Of a stretch of 64,000 bases of DNA, positions 8,396 to 18,313 are shown piece by piece; the stretch's first letter is position 1; each line of letters begins with the position of its first letter. The DNA comes from an uncultured Parcubacteria group bacterium (lineage in GTDB: Bacteria > Patescibacteriota > Patescibacteriia > UBA9934 > CAMTUG01). The stretch is from NCBI GenBank assembly GCA_947084965.1, contig CAMTUG010000001.1:345293-409292 (forward strand), read 5' to 3'. The notes beneath the pieces are model-generated. The model ran no database searches and was not told the DNA's origin. It saw only the letters and a list, made by a program, of their open reading frames with translations. Both the position numbers and the translations under genes were made by a program.

Positions 8396-10393
8396 ATGAA
8401 ACGACGCACACATTCTATCCGGCCCCGTTGGATAACATGGGCCACAGCGACCGCCTGTTTCGTTCTGTTCCTGTTTTCGACCGTGGTCGCGTTCCCAAAT
8501 CAGACCTGGAATCGCGTCCCAGGGCTCCCGCCGCTTAGCCTGGCGGATTTTCGTCTCGGCCTTGATCTGCAAGGCGGAGCGCATTTAGTGTACGAGGCAG
8601 ACATGAGTCAGATCGCGGAGGCGGATCGCGACGAAGCGTTGAACGGGGTGAAAGATGTGATTGAGCGCCGTGTCAACGCTTTTGGGGTGGCTGAGCCGCT
8701 CGTGCAGACGACCGTGGTGGACGGTCACTACCGGGTGATCATTGAATTGGCCGGTGTGCTCGATATCTCCGAAGCGATTAAGCAGATCGGAGAGACACCG
8801 ATTTTGGAATTTAAAGAACAGAATCTTGAATATACCGGCGACCTGACGGAAGAACAGCAGGCACAAATTGATGCTGCTAATGCTCTGGAAAAAACCAAGG
8901 CGGACGGGCTCCTTGCTGATGCTCGTTCGGTCACAGATTTCTTGCAATTTGCGACAGACACAGCTGCGGCGGATCCAGAAACACTCGGGGGTGACCTCCC
9001 GTCCGTTTCTGGCGGGGTGTATCAAGCGGTCATTGATGACATTACCAAGAATCGCTACGCGGCAGGCACCGTTCTGCCGAACGTTTATGCACTAACGAAC
9101 AGCTACTCGATCTTCAAGTACGTTGAACCTTCGACAGACACCAACGAAATGCAGCTCTCGCATATTTTGGTCTGTTTTCAAGGGGCGACCGGCTGTGCCT
9201 CTGACCGCGATCAGATCGGAGCGAGTCTGATTATTTCGGAAATCCTTTCCAAGGTGAACGGGGAGAATTTTGCTGATCTTGCCATGCAATACTCGGAAGA
9301 CGGGGCGGCCGAAGCGGGTGGAGATTTGGGCTGGATTCAGCCGGGCGGGACGGTACCTGCCTTTGACGCCGCGGCACAAGCGCTCGCTGTTGGAGCGATC
9401 TCCACATCGGCCGTGGAAACGGAATACGGCTATCACCTGATCTACAAGCGAGGAGAGCGCCCGATCACGACCTATCATCTCCAGCACCTGAGCGTTCGCA
9501 AAACACTGGCTGGTGATCTGTTCCCGTTTGAGCAGTGGCAGAACACCGGGCTTTCGGGAAAGCAGCTAGAAACGGCGCGAGTAGAATTTGATCCAAATAC
9601 TGGCGCTCCACTCGTTTCGCTGAACTTTGATAGTGAAGGCGGAGAACTTTTTGCTGAGCTTACCGGTGCGCACATTGGCGAGCAGATCGCCATTTTCCTC
9701 GACGGAGAAGTGATCAGCGCACCGATGGTCCAGCAGCGCATTAGTGGCGGACAGGCGGTTATCACCGGGGACTTTACCCTGGCCGAAGCCAAATTACTCG
9801 CTCAGCGTTTAAATGCCGGTGCCTTGCCCGTTCCGGTCACTCTCGTTTCTCAGCAAACGGTCGGACCAACGCTCGGACAGGAATCCTTAGCCAAATCGAT
9901 CGACGCCGCGTTGATCGGTTTCGGCCTCGTTGCGCTCTTCATGATTCTGTACTACCGCTTGCCAGGGGCGGTCGCTGTGCTGACCTTGGCTGGCTACGCC
10001 GTCTTGAACTTACTCGCCTATAAAGGCTTGGACGTGACGATCACCCTCGCGGGTGTGGCCGGGTTTATCCTATCGATGGGGATGGCCGTTGATGCAAACG
10101 TCTTGATCTTCGAACGATTGAAGGAAGAGGTGCGAAGCGGCCGCGATGTTCCGTCGGCGCTTGAAGAGGCATTTGTGCGCGCCTGGCCGTCGATTCGCGA
10201 CGGGAACCTAACGACGCTGATCGCTTCGTTTATTCTCTTCTGGTTCTCCACGAGCTTTATTAAGGGGTTTGCCTTGACGCTGTCGATCGGGGTGTTGTTG
10301 AGCATGTTCTCGGCAGTGGTGATCACCCGCGTCGTCTTACGTCTCGCTTCATTCACCGGCGCTCGACGCTTCCCTTGGCTTTTCGGAAAATAG
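8396..10393 (+). CDS. secD: Protein translocase subunit SecD with inserted parvulin PPIase domain
   Basis: LGLDLQGG, IERRVNAFGVAEP, GMAVDANVLIFER; internal SHILV..FADLAMQYSED..GGDLGW..ETEYGYHLI. Confidence 0.95.
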   Translation: MKRRTHSIRPRWITWATATACFVLFLFSTVVAFPNQTWNRVPGLPPLSLADFRLGLDLQGGAHLVYEADMSQIAEADRDEALNGVKDVIERRVNAFGVAEPLVQTTVVDGHYRVIIELAGVLDISEAIKQIGETPILEFKEQNLEYTGDLTEEQQAQIDAANALEKTKADGLLADARSVTDFLQFATDTAAADPETLGGDLPSVSGGVYQAVIDDITKNRYAAGTVLPNVYALTNSYSIFKYVEPSTDTNEMQLSHILVCFQGATGCASDRDQIGASLIISEILSKVNGENFADLAMQYSEDGAAEAGGDLGWIQPGGTVPAFDAAAQALAVGAISTSAVETEYGYHLIYKRGERPITTYHLQHLSVRKTLAGDLFPFEQWQNTGLSGKQLETARVEFDPNTGAPLVSLNFDSEGGELFAELTGAHIGEQIAIFLDGEVISAPMVQQRISGGQAVITGDFTLAEAKLLAQRLNAGALPVPVTLVSQQTVGPTLGQESLAKSIDAALIGFGLVALFMILYYRLPGAVAVLTLAGYAVLNLLAYKGLDVTITLAGVAGFILSMGMAVDANVLIFERLKEEVRSGRDVPSALEEAFVRAWPSIRDGNLTTLIASFILFWFSTSFIKGFALTLSIGVLLSMFSAVVITRVVLRLASFTGARRFPWLFGK

Positions 10394-10394
10394 T

Positions 10395-11285
10395 ATGCAA
10401 TTTCCCATCATCAAACAGCGAAAGATTTGGTTCGGCTTCTCGGCAATCCTCCTTGTGGCGAGTATCTACGGATTGGTCGCTTACGGATTAAATCTTGGCG
10501 TTGATTTTACTGGCGGGTCGTTGATTGAACTGCGTATTTCGGGAGAAGCATCGAATACGCAGATGCGTGAACTCATCGAATCACAAGGGTTTGGCGAGGT
10601 GCGTGTTCAGGCATCAGAGGGCGGCGATTATCTGATCCGCTTGCAGGCCCTAAACGAAGAACAGCACCAGGCGCTTCTGACGGCCATCGAAACGTCGTTC
10701 GGAGAGACGGAAGAACTGCGTTTCGATTTTGTCGGTCCGGTGATCGGTGCAGAGCTCGCTCGTAAGGCGATCTGGTCCGTGGTTGTCCTGCTCATCCTGA
10801 TTGTGTTGTACGTGGCCTGGGCATTTCGCAAGGTTGCTCATCCTGTTACATCCTGGAAATACGGTGTCCTTACGATGGTCACAGCGTTACATGACGTGAT
10901 CGTGCCACTCGGGGTGTTCGCCTTCCTCGGCCATTTCTACGGGTACCAGGTTGATTCTGCCTTTGTGGCAGCGATTCTCACGATTCTTGGGTATTCGATC
11001 AATGATACGATCGTGGTCTTTGATCGCACCCGTGAAAATCTCGCTCAGCGATCGAGTGAAGATCCGTTCGAAGAGGTCGTCAATCGCGGCGTCAATCAAT
11101 CACTGGCCCGCTCCCTGAATACTACGCTGACAACCTTACTCGCCCTTGTTGCTGTCTACTTTTTTGGAGGGGACACAACGCGTCAATTCGCTCTGGCTCT
11201 CATGATCGGTATCGCCACTGGGGCGTATTCATCGGTTTTCATCGCTTCGCCACTTCTTGTTGTTTGGGAGAAGTGGAAGCGCTAA
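10395..11285 (+). CDS. secF: Protein translocase subunit SecF
   Basis: GVDFTGG, LHDV, GYSINDTIVVFDRTRE. Confidence 0.95.
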   Translation: MQFPIIKQRKIWFGFSAILLVASIYGLVAYGLNLGVDFTGGSLIELRISGEASNTQMRELIESQGFGEVRVQASEGGDYLIRLQALNEEQHQALLTAIETSFGETEELRFDFVGPVIGAELARKAIWSVVVLLILIVLYVAWAFRKVAHPVTSWKYGVLTMVTALHDVIVPLGVFAFLGHFYGYQVDSAFVAAILTILGYSINDTIVVFDRTRENLAQRSSEDPFEEVVNRGVNQSLARSLNTTLTTLLALVAVYFFGGDTTRQFALALMIGIATGAYSSVFIASPLLVVWEKWKR

Positions 11286-11300
11286 TCAAGATATCCTCAA

Positions 11301-11340
11301 ACGGCACGGGGCCCTGCGCTCCCGTGTCGTTTGTTTTTGT
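11301..11340 (+). terminator. Terminator after secF
   Basis: ACGGCACGGG...CCCGTGTCGT hairpin followed by TTGTTTTT. Confidence 0.6.
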
Positions 11341-11359
11341 GCTAAAATAATGACGGTCT

Positions 11360-13084
11360 ATGCCTGAGATTGAAATCGACCTTTCCTTTCTTTTCGCCTT
11401 TCTCCAAAGGCCGGACGTTTTTTTAGTCAAGGCGTTTCCGTATGTCGCCTGGATTCCGATCGCGGGAGTGTTGATCTGGGGGTTTTTTGAAGTCTGGAAG
11501 TTCAATCGCCAACACCATTTCCGACACGCGATGAAATACATCCTTTTGGCAATCGATGTGCCAAAGATGACCGAACAGTCGCCACAAGCGGTTGAGCAGA
11601 TTTTTGCTTCTTGTGCGGCGGCCTGGGGTGGAGCAACGTTCAAGGAGCAATGGATCGACGGGGAAGTCGCGCCTGTTTTTAGTTTTGAGCTGGTCTCTGA
11701 TGGTGGATACATTCAGTACTATGTTCGTACCCCGACAAAGTTTCGCGATATGATCGAAGCGGCGATTTACGCACAGTATCCGGATGCTGAAATCAGCGAA
11801 GCGCATGATTATGCCCATGATTGGCCCGAGCAGTACCCGAATGATACGCATGACTGTTGGGGGACGGAACAGAAGTTGAGCCAGCCGTACTACTTTCCGA
11901 TTCGCACCTGGCCGGAGTTCGAGCACAAGCTCTCACAAGAAATTAAAGACCCCGTAGGAATCTGGTTGGAGCAGATTTCCCGCCTTCAACCAGGAGAGGT
12001 GTTTGCCACCCAGATTTTGTGCATGCCGTTAGGTGAAGCGAAGACGAGTTGGACCAAAAAAGGGGTGGAGTATATTTATAAAGAGATCGGAAAAGAATCT
12101 AAGGACGCGCATAAAAAGGCTGGGATTCTGGGCGAAACGCTCGGTCAACTTTCTTCCTTGCCAATCGAAGCCGCTCAGCAATTTGGGGTGGCGATGTTTG
12201 GGGGCGGAGCCGATGCGCACGAAGAAAAGAAGGAAGACCCTTGGAAATTCTTGCGTTCTACACCGATCGACAAGGAACGTTTGGATAAAGTGACGGAGAA
12301 GATTCAAAAGCCGGCGATGTTGGTGAAGATTCGTCATGCGTATGTCGCGAAAAAAGAGGTGTATAAAAAGGGTCCGCGTGATAAGATGATCGCGTCCATC
12401 ATGTTCCAATACATGAACCCAAACACGAACTGGTTTGGACGCGTCGGGAAAATTACGCCGAAGACAGATTATTTTTGGCAGAACTGGTCGTTGGAAAAGC
12501 GCAAGCGAAGACTGATTAAGTCCTACATCCACCGTGATGAAGAATATGGACTCCATGGCAATATTCTGAACGTGGAAGAATTGGCTTCACTCTGGCACTT
12601 CCCAACGATCACCATCCTTGCTCCGTTCGTGAAAAAGACCGTTGCCAAGCGTGCGGAACCACCGGTGCAGTTGCCGTATGAGGAACCGGGCGCGGCTGAT
12701 TTTACTGGTGCAATAGCGGGCAAAAAGCCTTCGCGTTTGGCGATGCCGGTGGAATTTATTGAGCCAACGATACCTGGTCGTCCGCGTACTGCTTCGCCAG
12801 AAGCTCATCATGATGAACACGGCGCTGCGGTGGCTCACCAGCATCCAGAATCAAAGGAACATCATGCAGAAGCCCCACGGACGCACGAACGTAAAGCCGC
12901 TCCGCCGATCGGGCTTCCGGTTGAGCCGGATGTCGCGCCACATGTGCCGCAGACCCCAGGGCATCCTGCTTCCGTCCCTGAACATGCTGTTCCTGCGCCA
13001 AAGGCCCAGGCCCCGAGTCATCCATCCGCAACCGACGGCATTCCTGACGAAATCCGTCGGATGATTGACCCCAACTTCGAATAG
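11360..13084 (+). CDS. Membrane-anchored protein homologous to N-terminal half of the fused ATPase at 47328
   Basis: N-terminal TM; FELV..IQYYV..AQYPDAEI..DY and EELASLWHFP match FEIV..IKFYV..AQHPDAFV..DY and EEMASLFHLP of 47328; His/Pro-rich tail. Confidence 0.8.
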   Translation: MPEIEIDLSFLFAFLQRPDVFLVKAFPYVAWIPIAGVLIWGFFEVWKFNRQHHFRHAMKYILLAIDVPKMTEQSPQAVEQIFASCAAAWGGATFKEQWIDGEVAPVFSFELVSDGGYIQYYVRTPTKFRDMIEAAIYAQYPDAEISEAHDYAHDWPEQYPNDTHDCWGTEQKLSQPYYFPIRTWPEFEHKLSQEIKDPVGIWLEQISRLQPGEVFATQILCMPLGEAKTSWTKKGVEYIYKEIGKESKDAHKKAGILGETLGQLSSLPIEAAQQFGVAMFGGGADAHEEKKEDPWKFLRSTPIDKERLDKVTEKIQKPAMLVKIRHAYVAKKEVYKKGPRDKMIASIMFQYMNPNTNWFGRVGKITPKTDYFWQNWSLEKRKRRLIKSYIHRDEEYGLHGNILNVEELASLWHFPTITILAPFVKKTVAKRAEPPVQLPYEEPGAADFTGAIAGKKPSRLAMPVEFIEPTIPGRPRTASPEAHHDEHGAAVAHQHPESKEHHAEAPRTHERKAAPPIGLPVEPDVAPHVPQTPGHPASVPEHAVPAPKAQAPSHPSATDGIPDEIRRMIDPNFE

Positions 13085-13085
13085 T

Positions 13086-15065
13086 ATGGAGGACCACGTT
13101 CACACACATCACGGCGCTTCGCCGGACACGACGGGGCACGAAAAAGCGGGCCCGCCGCCGTACGATCACGATCATGAAAATGACATCATCTTTTTTGGTC
13201 GGACAAATTTTCGTAATCAGCTGAAAAAGTTCGGGATCAAAACCGATGATCGCCGCCGTCACATGTATCTGATCGGAAAGACCGGTGTGGGGAAGTCGAC
13301 GTTGCTGGAAAACATGGTGTTGGCCGATATCTACATGGGCCATGGTATCGGGCTGATCGATCCACACGGAGACTTTGCCGAAAAGATCGTTGATTTTATT
13401 CCGCCGCATCGGGTTAATGACGTCGTTTATTTTAACCCGGCGGACGCGGACTATCCGGTTGCCTTTAATATTCTCGAGTCGATTAATCCGGATCATAAAC
13501 ATCTTATTGCATCTGGGCTGATGGGGGTGTTTAAAAAGATCTGGCCGGACGTGTGGAGTGCACGTATGGAGCACATCATGAACATGGCGATCTTGTCGCT
13601 CCTCGAAATGCCGGGCAATACGTTGCTTGGAATTAATCGCCTGTTGGTAGATCAGGATTTCCGTCGTCACTTGATCGTGCAAATTAAAGATCCAGTCGTG
13701 AAGTCGTTCTGGATTACGGAGTTTGAGCAGTGGGAAGTAAAGTTTCGATCAGAAGCGATCGCCCCGATTCAAAACAAAGTTGGACAGTTTTTGTCGACCT
13801 CGCTTATTCGCAACATCGTCGGTCAGCAAAAGTCAACGATCGTTCCGCGAAAGATCATGGACGAACGCAAAATTTTCATCATCAACTTGGCCAAAGGACG
13901 CGTGGGGGAGGACGCCTCGCGCCTAATCGGTGGGATGCTTATTACCAAGATGCAGTTGGCGGCGATGGAGCGCGTGGACATTCCAGAGCCTGATCGTCAG
14001 GACTTCTACCTCTACATCGACGAGTTTCAAAACTTCGCCACAGAATCCTTCGCCAACATCTTGTCCGAGGCGCGTAAATATCGCTTGGCCCTGATCATGG
14101 CGCATCAGTACATCGAGCAGTTGGAAGAGGAAGTTGCCTCCGCCGTATTCGGGAACGTTGGGACGATGGTTGCCTATCGCGTCGGGGCGGGGGATGCGGA
14201 AAAGATGGCCACGGAATTTGCTCCGCGGTTCACGGAAGAGGACTTGGTCAACTTGCCGAAGTTCAACGTTTATTTGAAGTTGATGATCGATGGGATCGCA
14301 TCGGATCCATTTTCAGCAACGACCTTGCCGCCGATCAGTGCGCGTACCAATTCAACGGATGTGGTCGTTGCCGCTTCGCGTCGGCAGTACGCGCGTCCGC
14401 GCGAAGATGTAGAGGCGTCAATCGTTTCGTGGAGCGAAACAAAACGCGCCTTGACGCCGGAAGCGGCTGCGGCCTTACCGCCGCCAAAGATGGGCGGAGC
14501 AAAAAAGTTGAACGAATACGACTGTACGCGCTGCGGCAAGAAGATGCTGCTGCCAGTTGAGTTGGATCGCTCGCGGCCGATTTACTGCGAAACGTGCATT
14601 GAGATCGTTCGTGCAGAACGCAAGGCAGGGAAGCCGGCCGATGGGGCACCTGCGGCCAAACCGACGGATGCGAAGCCGGTAACTCCGGCGCTGCCAAAAC
14701 CGGCCGATTCTTCAGCTCCGGCTCGTCCGGAGCCGCCAAAAGTGGTGGAAACGGATCTAGCGCAAAAAGATGCCGCTGCCCCTGTTTCTCTTACCGAGCT
14801 CAATAAACCGGCCGCGCCGATTATTAAGGCGACTACTACGGAGCCGAAAGTTCCATCGACCCCGAGCGTTGTTCGCCCCGCGCCGACAAGCCCGGCTGGC
14901 GGTTCGAGTTCTGGCGGAGAGACTGAAGAGCAGAAAAAGCGCCGGCGCCGTCGACGCCGGTCTGGTTCTGGTGGCGGAGGTGGATCATCATCTCCTTCAG
15001 GTGGTGGATCCTCGACTCCAGCACCAACCAAGCCGTCGGGTGGTAATGATTTATTTCCTTGGTAA
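13086..15065 (+). CDS. VirD4/TraG/HerA-like P-loop ATPase with C-terminal CxxC-x17-CxxC zinc ribbon
   Basis: DRRRHMYLIGKTGVGKS Walker A, IDPHGD, LYIDEFQNF Walker B, EARKY..AHQ; CTRC-x17-CETC; start moved to 13086 (TAG-T-ATG). Confidence 0.88.
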   Translation: MEDHVHTHHGASPDTTGHEKAGPPPYDHDHENDIIFFGRTNFRNQLKKFGIKTDDRRRHMYLIGKTGVGKSTLLENMVLADIYMGHGIGLIDPHGDFAEKIVDFIPPHRVNDVVYFNPADADYPVAFNILESINPDHKHLIASGLMGVFKKIWPDVWSARMEHIMNMAILSLLEMPGNTLLGINRLLVDQDFRRHLIVQIKDPVVKSFWITEFEQWEVKFRSEAIAPIQNKVGQFLSTSLIRNIVGQQKSTIVPRKIMDERKIFIINLAKGRVGEDASRLIGGMLITKMQLAAMERVDIPEPDRQDFYLYIDEFQNFATESFANILSEARKYRLALIMAHQYIEQLEEEVASAVFGNVGTMVAYRVGAGDAEKMATEFAPRFTEEDLVNLPKFNVYLKLMIDGIASDPFSATTLPPISARTNSTDVVVAASRRQYARPREDVEASIVSWSETKRALTPEAAAALPPPKMGGAKKLNEYDCTRCGKKMLLPVELDRSRPIYCETCIEIVRAERKAGKPADGAPAAKPTDAKPVTPALPKPADSSAPARPEPPKVVETDLAQKDAAAPVSLTELNKPAAPIIKATTTEPKVPSTPSVVRPAPTSPAGGSSSGGETEEQKKRRRRRRRSGSGGGGGSSSPSGGGSSTPAPTKPSGGNDLFPW

Positions 15066-15068
15066 TGT

Positions 15069-16523
15069 ATGGAAGACGATCTCCAAGGTGGGTTCGGATC
15101 ATTTGCAGCGCCAACAACGCCGCCCGAGTTTGAGGCGTTCGTTGCTCGTCGCCATGAGCCGCCAGAAACTGTTCCGGTCAAAGGGTCGATCCCTGACGCG
15201 GACATCTCCCTATTTGGTCAAACAAATTACAGCCGCGGGTATGCCGGCGAACGGTATATTTTCGGTATCAAGCGCAAGGATCGCCGCCGTCATCTCTACG
15301 TTATTGGAAAGTCTGGCGTGGGAAAGACCAAGCTGCTCGAACAGTTGATTCGGGCGGACATCTTTTTTGGCCACGGCGTCGGAGTGATCGATCCGCACGG
15401 AGATTTGATCAACTCGATGCTCGAGTTCATTCCAGAGAATCGCATCAACGACGTGGTGGTGATCGATCCGGCCGATCGTGATTTTCCGATTAGCTTCAAC
15501 CCGATCGCCAACGTGGCTGAAGAGGACAAGCACATGGTCACCGACTCGATGATCGAAATTTTCAAAAAGCAGTTTGCGTCGGATTGGTCGCCACGTATTG
15601 AACACTTGCTGCGTTTTTCCACGCTCGCCATGATCGATTACCCCAAAGGAACGATGAACGGGATGGTTTCTTTGCTCTCGAGCGGGCCGTATCGTTCCAA
15701 GGTGATTGAGCATATTAAAGATCCGGTCGTGCGTCGTTTCTGGGCGATCGAATTTCCAGAGTGGTCACAGCGCTATGACGCTGAAGCGGTGTCGCCGCTT
15801 TTGAACAAACTCGGTCAGTTGCTGGCGGACCCATTGATGCGCAACATTTTTGGACAGACAGAATCGAAGATCGATCTGTACGACATCATGCAGAAGAAAA
15901 AGATTCTCCTCGTCAACTTGTCCAAAGGACGCGTTGGTGACGAAAAATCGGCGTTCTTCGGTGCGGTGCTTGTGACGAAGTTGTACCAAGCATCAATGCA
16001 GCGCATTCGCTTGGCAGAAAAAGATCGTCTGCCGTTTTATCTGTACGTTGATGAATTTCAAAACATCGCTACCAAGACGTTTGAAAATATTTTGGCCGAG
16101 GCGCGCAAATTCGGATTTTGTTTGACCGTGGCGAACCAAAACTTGTCACAGTTATCGCCGTCCTTGCGCTCGTCCTTGTTTGGAAACGTCGCTTCGATCA
16201 TCGTTTTCCAAATCAGTGCTGAAGACGCTGATCTGATGAGCAATGAAATGAAGCCGATCTTTGAAACACAAGACATGATCAACCTTTCTGAACGTGAAGT
16301 GTATGTCAAAATGACGATCGATGGTCGCCGCTGGGATCCGTTCTCGGCCGAAGTGCTCCCCGTGACCGCTCCGCGTCATGCCCCGTTTACGGAAGCGATC
16401 ATGAAGCAATCCCGCGAGCTGTATGCCAAACCGCGCGACGTGGTGGAGCGTGAACTAGAAGGTGGCGCGGTCGAAGAGCAAAAAGCCGCCCCGGTCATCA
16501 GCGCCGACGATATTATTGTATAA
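15069..16523 (+). CDS. Second VirD4/TraG/HerA-like P-loop ATPase
   Basis: DRRRHLYVIGKSGVGKT, IDPHGD, LYVDEFQN, EARKF..ANQ. Confidence 0.88.
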   Translation: MEDDLQGGFGSFAAPTTPPEFEAFVARRHEPPETVPVKGSIPDADISLFGQTNYSRGYAGERYIFGIKRKDRRRHLYVIGKSGVGKTKLLEQLIRADIFFGHGVGVIDPHGDLINSMLEFIPENRINDVVVIDPADRDFPISFNPIANVAEEDKHMVTDSMIEIFKKQFASDWSPRIEHLLRFSTLAMIDYPKGTMNGMVSLLSSGPYRSKVIEHIKDPVVRRFWAIEFPEWSQRYDAEAVSPLLNKLGQLLADPLMRNIFGQTESKIDLYDIMQKKKILLVNLSKGRVGDEKSAFFGAVLVTKLYQASMQRIRLAEKDRLPFYLYVDEFQNIATKTFENILAEARKFGFCLTVANQNLSQLSPSLRSSLFGNVASIIVFQISAEDADLMSNEMKPIFETQDMINLSEREVYVKMTIDGRRWDPFSAEVLPVTAPRHAPFTEAIMKQSRELYAKPRDVVERELEGGAVEEQKAAPVISADDIIV

Positions 16524-16567
16524 TCAAGAGGTATCCGATACGATAGGCGGGGTCACGTACCCCGCCT
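16519..16567 (+). promoter_or_regulatory. TATAAT box plus GC hairpin upstream of the paralog array
   Basis: TATAAT 16519-16524; AGGCGGGGT-CACGT-ACCCCGCCT 16545-16567. Confidence 0.5.
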
Positions 16568-16581
16568 TTCACGCAAAAAAT

Positions 16582-18312
16582 ATGTCCAACACCCCCAACT
16601 ACGACGCCAAGGTTCAAGCGATTCTCGACGCGACTCAGCCGGGGGAGAGGACGTGCGCGATTACGGGGGAGAAATGGGTTCAGGACGACGAAGAGCTTCG
16701 CTGGTACAAAGAGTTTAACGTCCCACCGTCGGCCCATGCGCCGTACACACGGATGCAGTGTTTTACATCGTTTTTTCGAAGCGGACAGTGGTGGTGGAAT
16801 AAACATCCGGTGACGGGAAAGCCCCTTATCTCGTCGGTGCACCCGGCGTGCGGTGTCCCTGTTCTACCGGACAAAGAATGGCATCAGAAAGATTTTCAGG
16901 AGGTGCAGTCTGAAGTCGATCTTTCGCGATCGTTCATTGATCAGATGTTTGAGCTGCGGAAACGCGTTCCGGCCGCAGCGCATGGAAATTATCAGGAGCC
17001 GGAGAATTCGATCGCCGTTGCTTCGTTTGGCGACGTCAATTCGTATTTTATGGTGGCGAGCAAAGGGAAGAATTGTTTCTTCAGCATCGTGGTGTTGAAC
17101 GGCGAGAATTCATCCGAGGTGTACAACAGCGAATCGATCACCGACAGCTATCACGTCATTCACTGCGAGCGGATGTTTAATTGTCAGTACGTGCGCGAGT
17201 CAAAGGATTGTCTCAACGCGCTTTTCTTGTTTGATTGTCGCAATTGCGAGTTTGTTTTCGGTGGATCGAATCTACGCAATAAAAAGTACGTGTGGTTCAA
17301 CGAACAATTAACGCAGGAAGAATGGGAACGTCGTCGAGCCGAAGTGAACACCGCTTCACGGTCGGCGATGCAACCACATCTCGAACGCTTCGAACAGATG
17401 ATTCAGGACGCGGTCTGGCCAGAAAATTTTAACATCAAATCAGAGAACTGCGTCGGTGAATATCTGACTAACTGTGAAGACAGTCGCTTTGTTTACTATG
17501 CCGACGGCGGCGCCCGTAATAACTACTGGATCGCTTGGTTAATTGGCAAGGCCGAACACAACGCCTTTGTCGCCGATCCGGCTAGTTCGCAAGATACGTA
17601 TTGCTCGACCGCGCTTTCGAGCTGTTTCAATACCAAGTTCTCTGTCTATTCCGTGCGCTGTAAAGATGTCGAATATTGTCTTGAGTGTTATGACTCGGAA
17701 TACTGCTTTGGATGCGTCGGCTTGCGTAAGAAGAGGTTCTGTATTTTGAACAAGCAGTACACCGAATCTGAGTATTGGCCAATGATCGACGCGATCAAGT
17801 GTGCGATGATCGATCGAGGGGAATATGCCGAAGGAGTTCCTCCGAAGTTTTCGCTCGGCTGGTTTCCAGAATCTGGCGCGGCCAAATATTATCAGTCGAC
17901 AGAAGAGTTTGGGCGCAGGATCGGTGCCAACGTATTTGATCCTGCATCTGAAGGAGCGTACGGCGACGAATTGATGACCGCCCGCGAGGTACGCGACGTT
18001 TCGCAAATCCCAGACGATGCCAAGGAATTGGATGGCTGGGCAGGTGTTGCTTTATTCGATCCGGAATTTAAGCGCCGGTATTCTTTGCTCGCGCCCGAAA
18101 TCGCTTTGTACCAAAAGCTGAAGATCGCTCCGCCGAACACACACTTCATTGATCGCGTTCATAAGTACATTCGCCTCGGCAACGCTCCAATCTTCCTCGA
18201 GGCCTCCTGTGCAAACTGCAGCAAGCAAGTGACGATCGCCAAAAATCCAACGTACACCAATCGCAAAATCTACTGCACCGAGTGCTACGTGAAGTACTTG
18301 GAAAGCAAATAA
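16582..18312 (+). CDS. Cys-rich array protein, copy 1
   Basis: MSNTPNYDAK start (moved from 16462); FDCRNCEF, CFGCVGL..K.FCI.NKQY, KCAM..RGEY and C-terminal CxxC..CxxC shared across copies. Confidence 0.9.
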   Translation: MSNTPNYDAKVQAILDATQPGERTCAITGEKWVQDDEELRWYKEFNVPPSAHAPYTRMQCFTSFFRSGQWWWNKHPVTGKPLISSVHPACGVPVLPDKEWHQKDFQEVQSEVDLSRSFIDQMFELRKRVPAAAHGNYQEPENSIAVASFGDVNSYFMVASKGKNCFFSIVVLNGENSSEVYNSESITDSYHVIHCERMFNCQYVRESKDCLNALFLFDCRNCEFVFGGSNLRNKKYVWFNEQLTQEEWERRRAEVNTASRSAMQPHLERFEQMIQDAVWPENFNIKSENCVGEYLTNCEDSRFVYYADGGARNNYWIAWLIGKAEHNAFVADPASSQDTYCSTALSSCFNTKFSVYSVRCKDVEYCLECYDSEYCFGCVGLRKKRFCILNKQYTESEYWPMIDAIKCAMIDRGEYAEGVPPKFSLGWFPESGAAKYYQSTEEFGRRIGANVFDPASEGAYGDELMTAREVRDVSQIPDDAKELDGWAGVALFDPEFKRRYSLLAPEIALYQKLKIAPPNTHFIDRVHKYIRLGNAPIFLEASCANCSKQVTIAKNPTYTNRKIYCTECYVKYLESK

Positions 18313-18313
18313 T

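Noticed and set aside
13086-16523. Conjugative element or ICE
   Set aside because: No relaxase, VirB/Tra mating-pair genes, integrase or att sites; the ATPases sit among housekeeping genes with host-like composition
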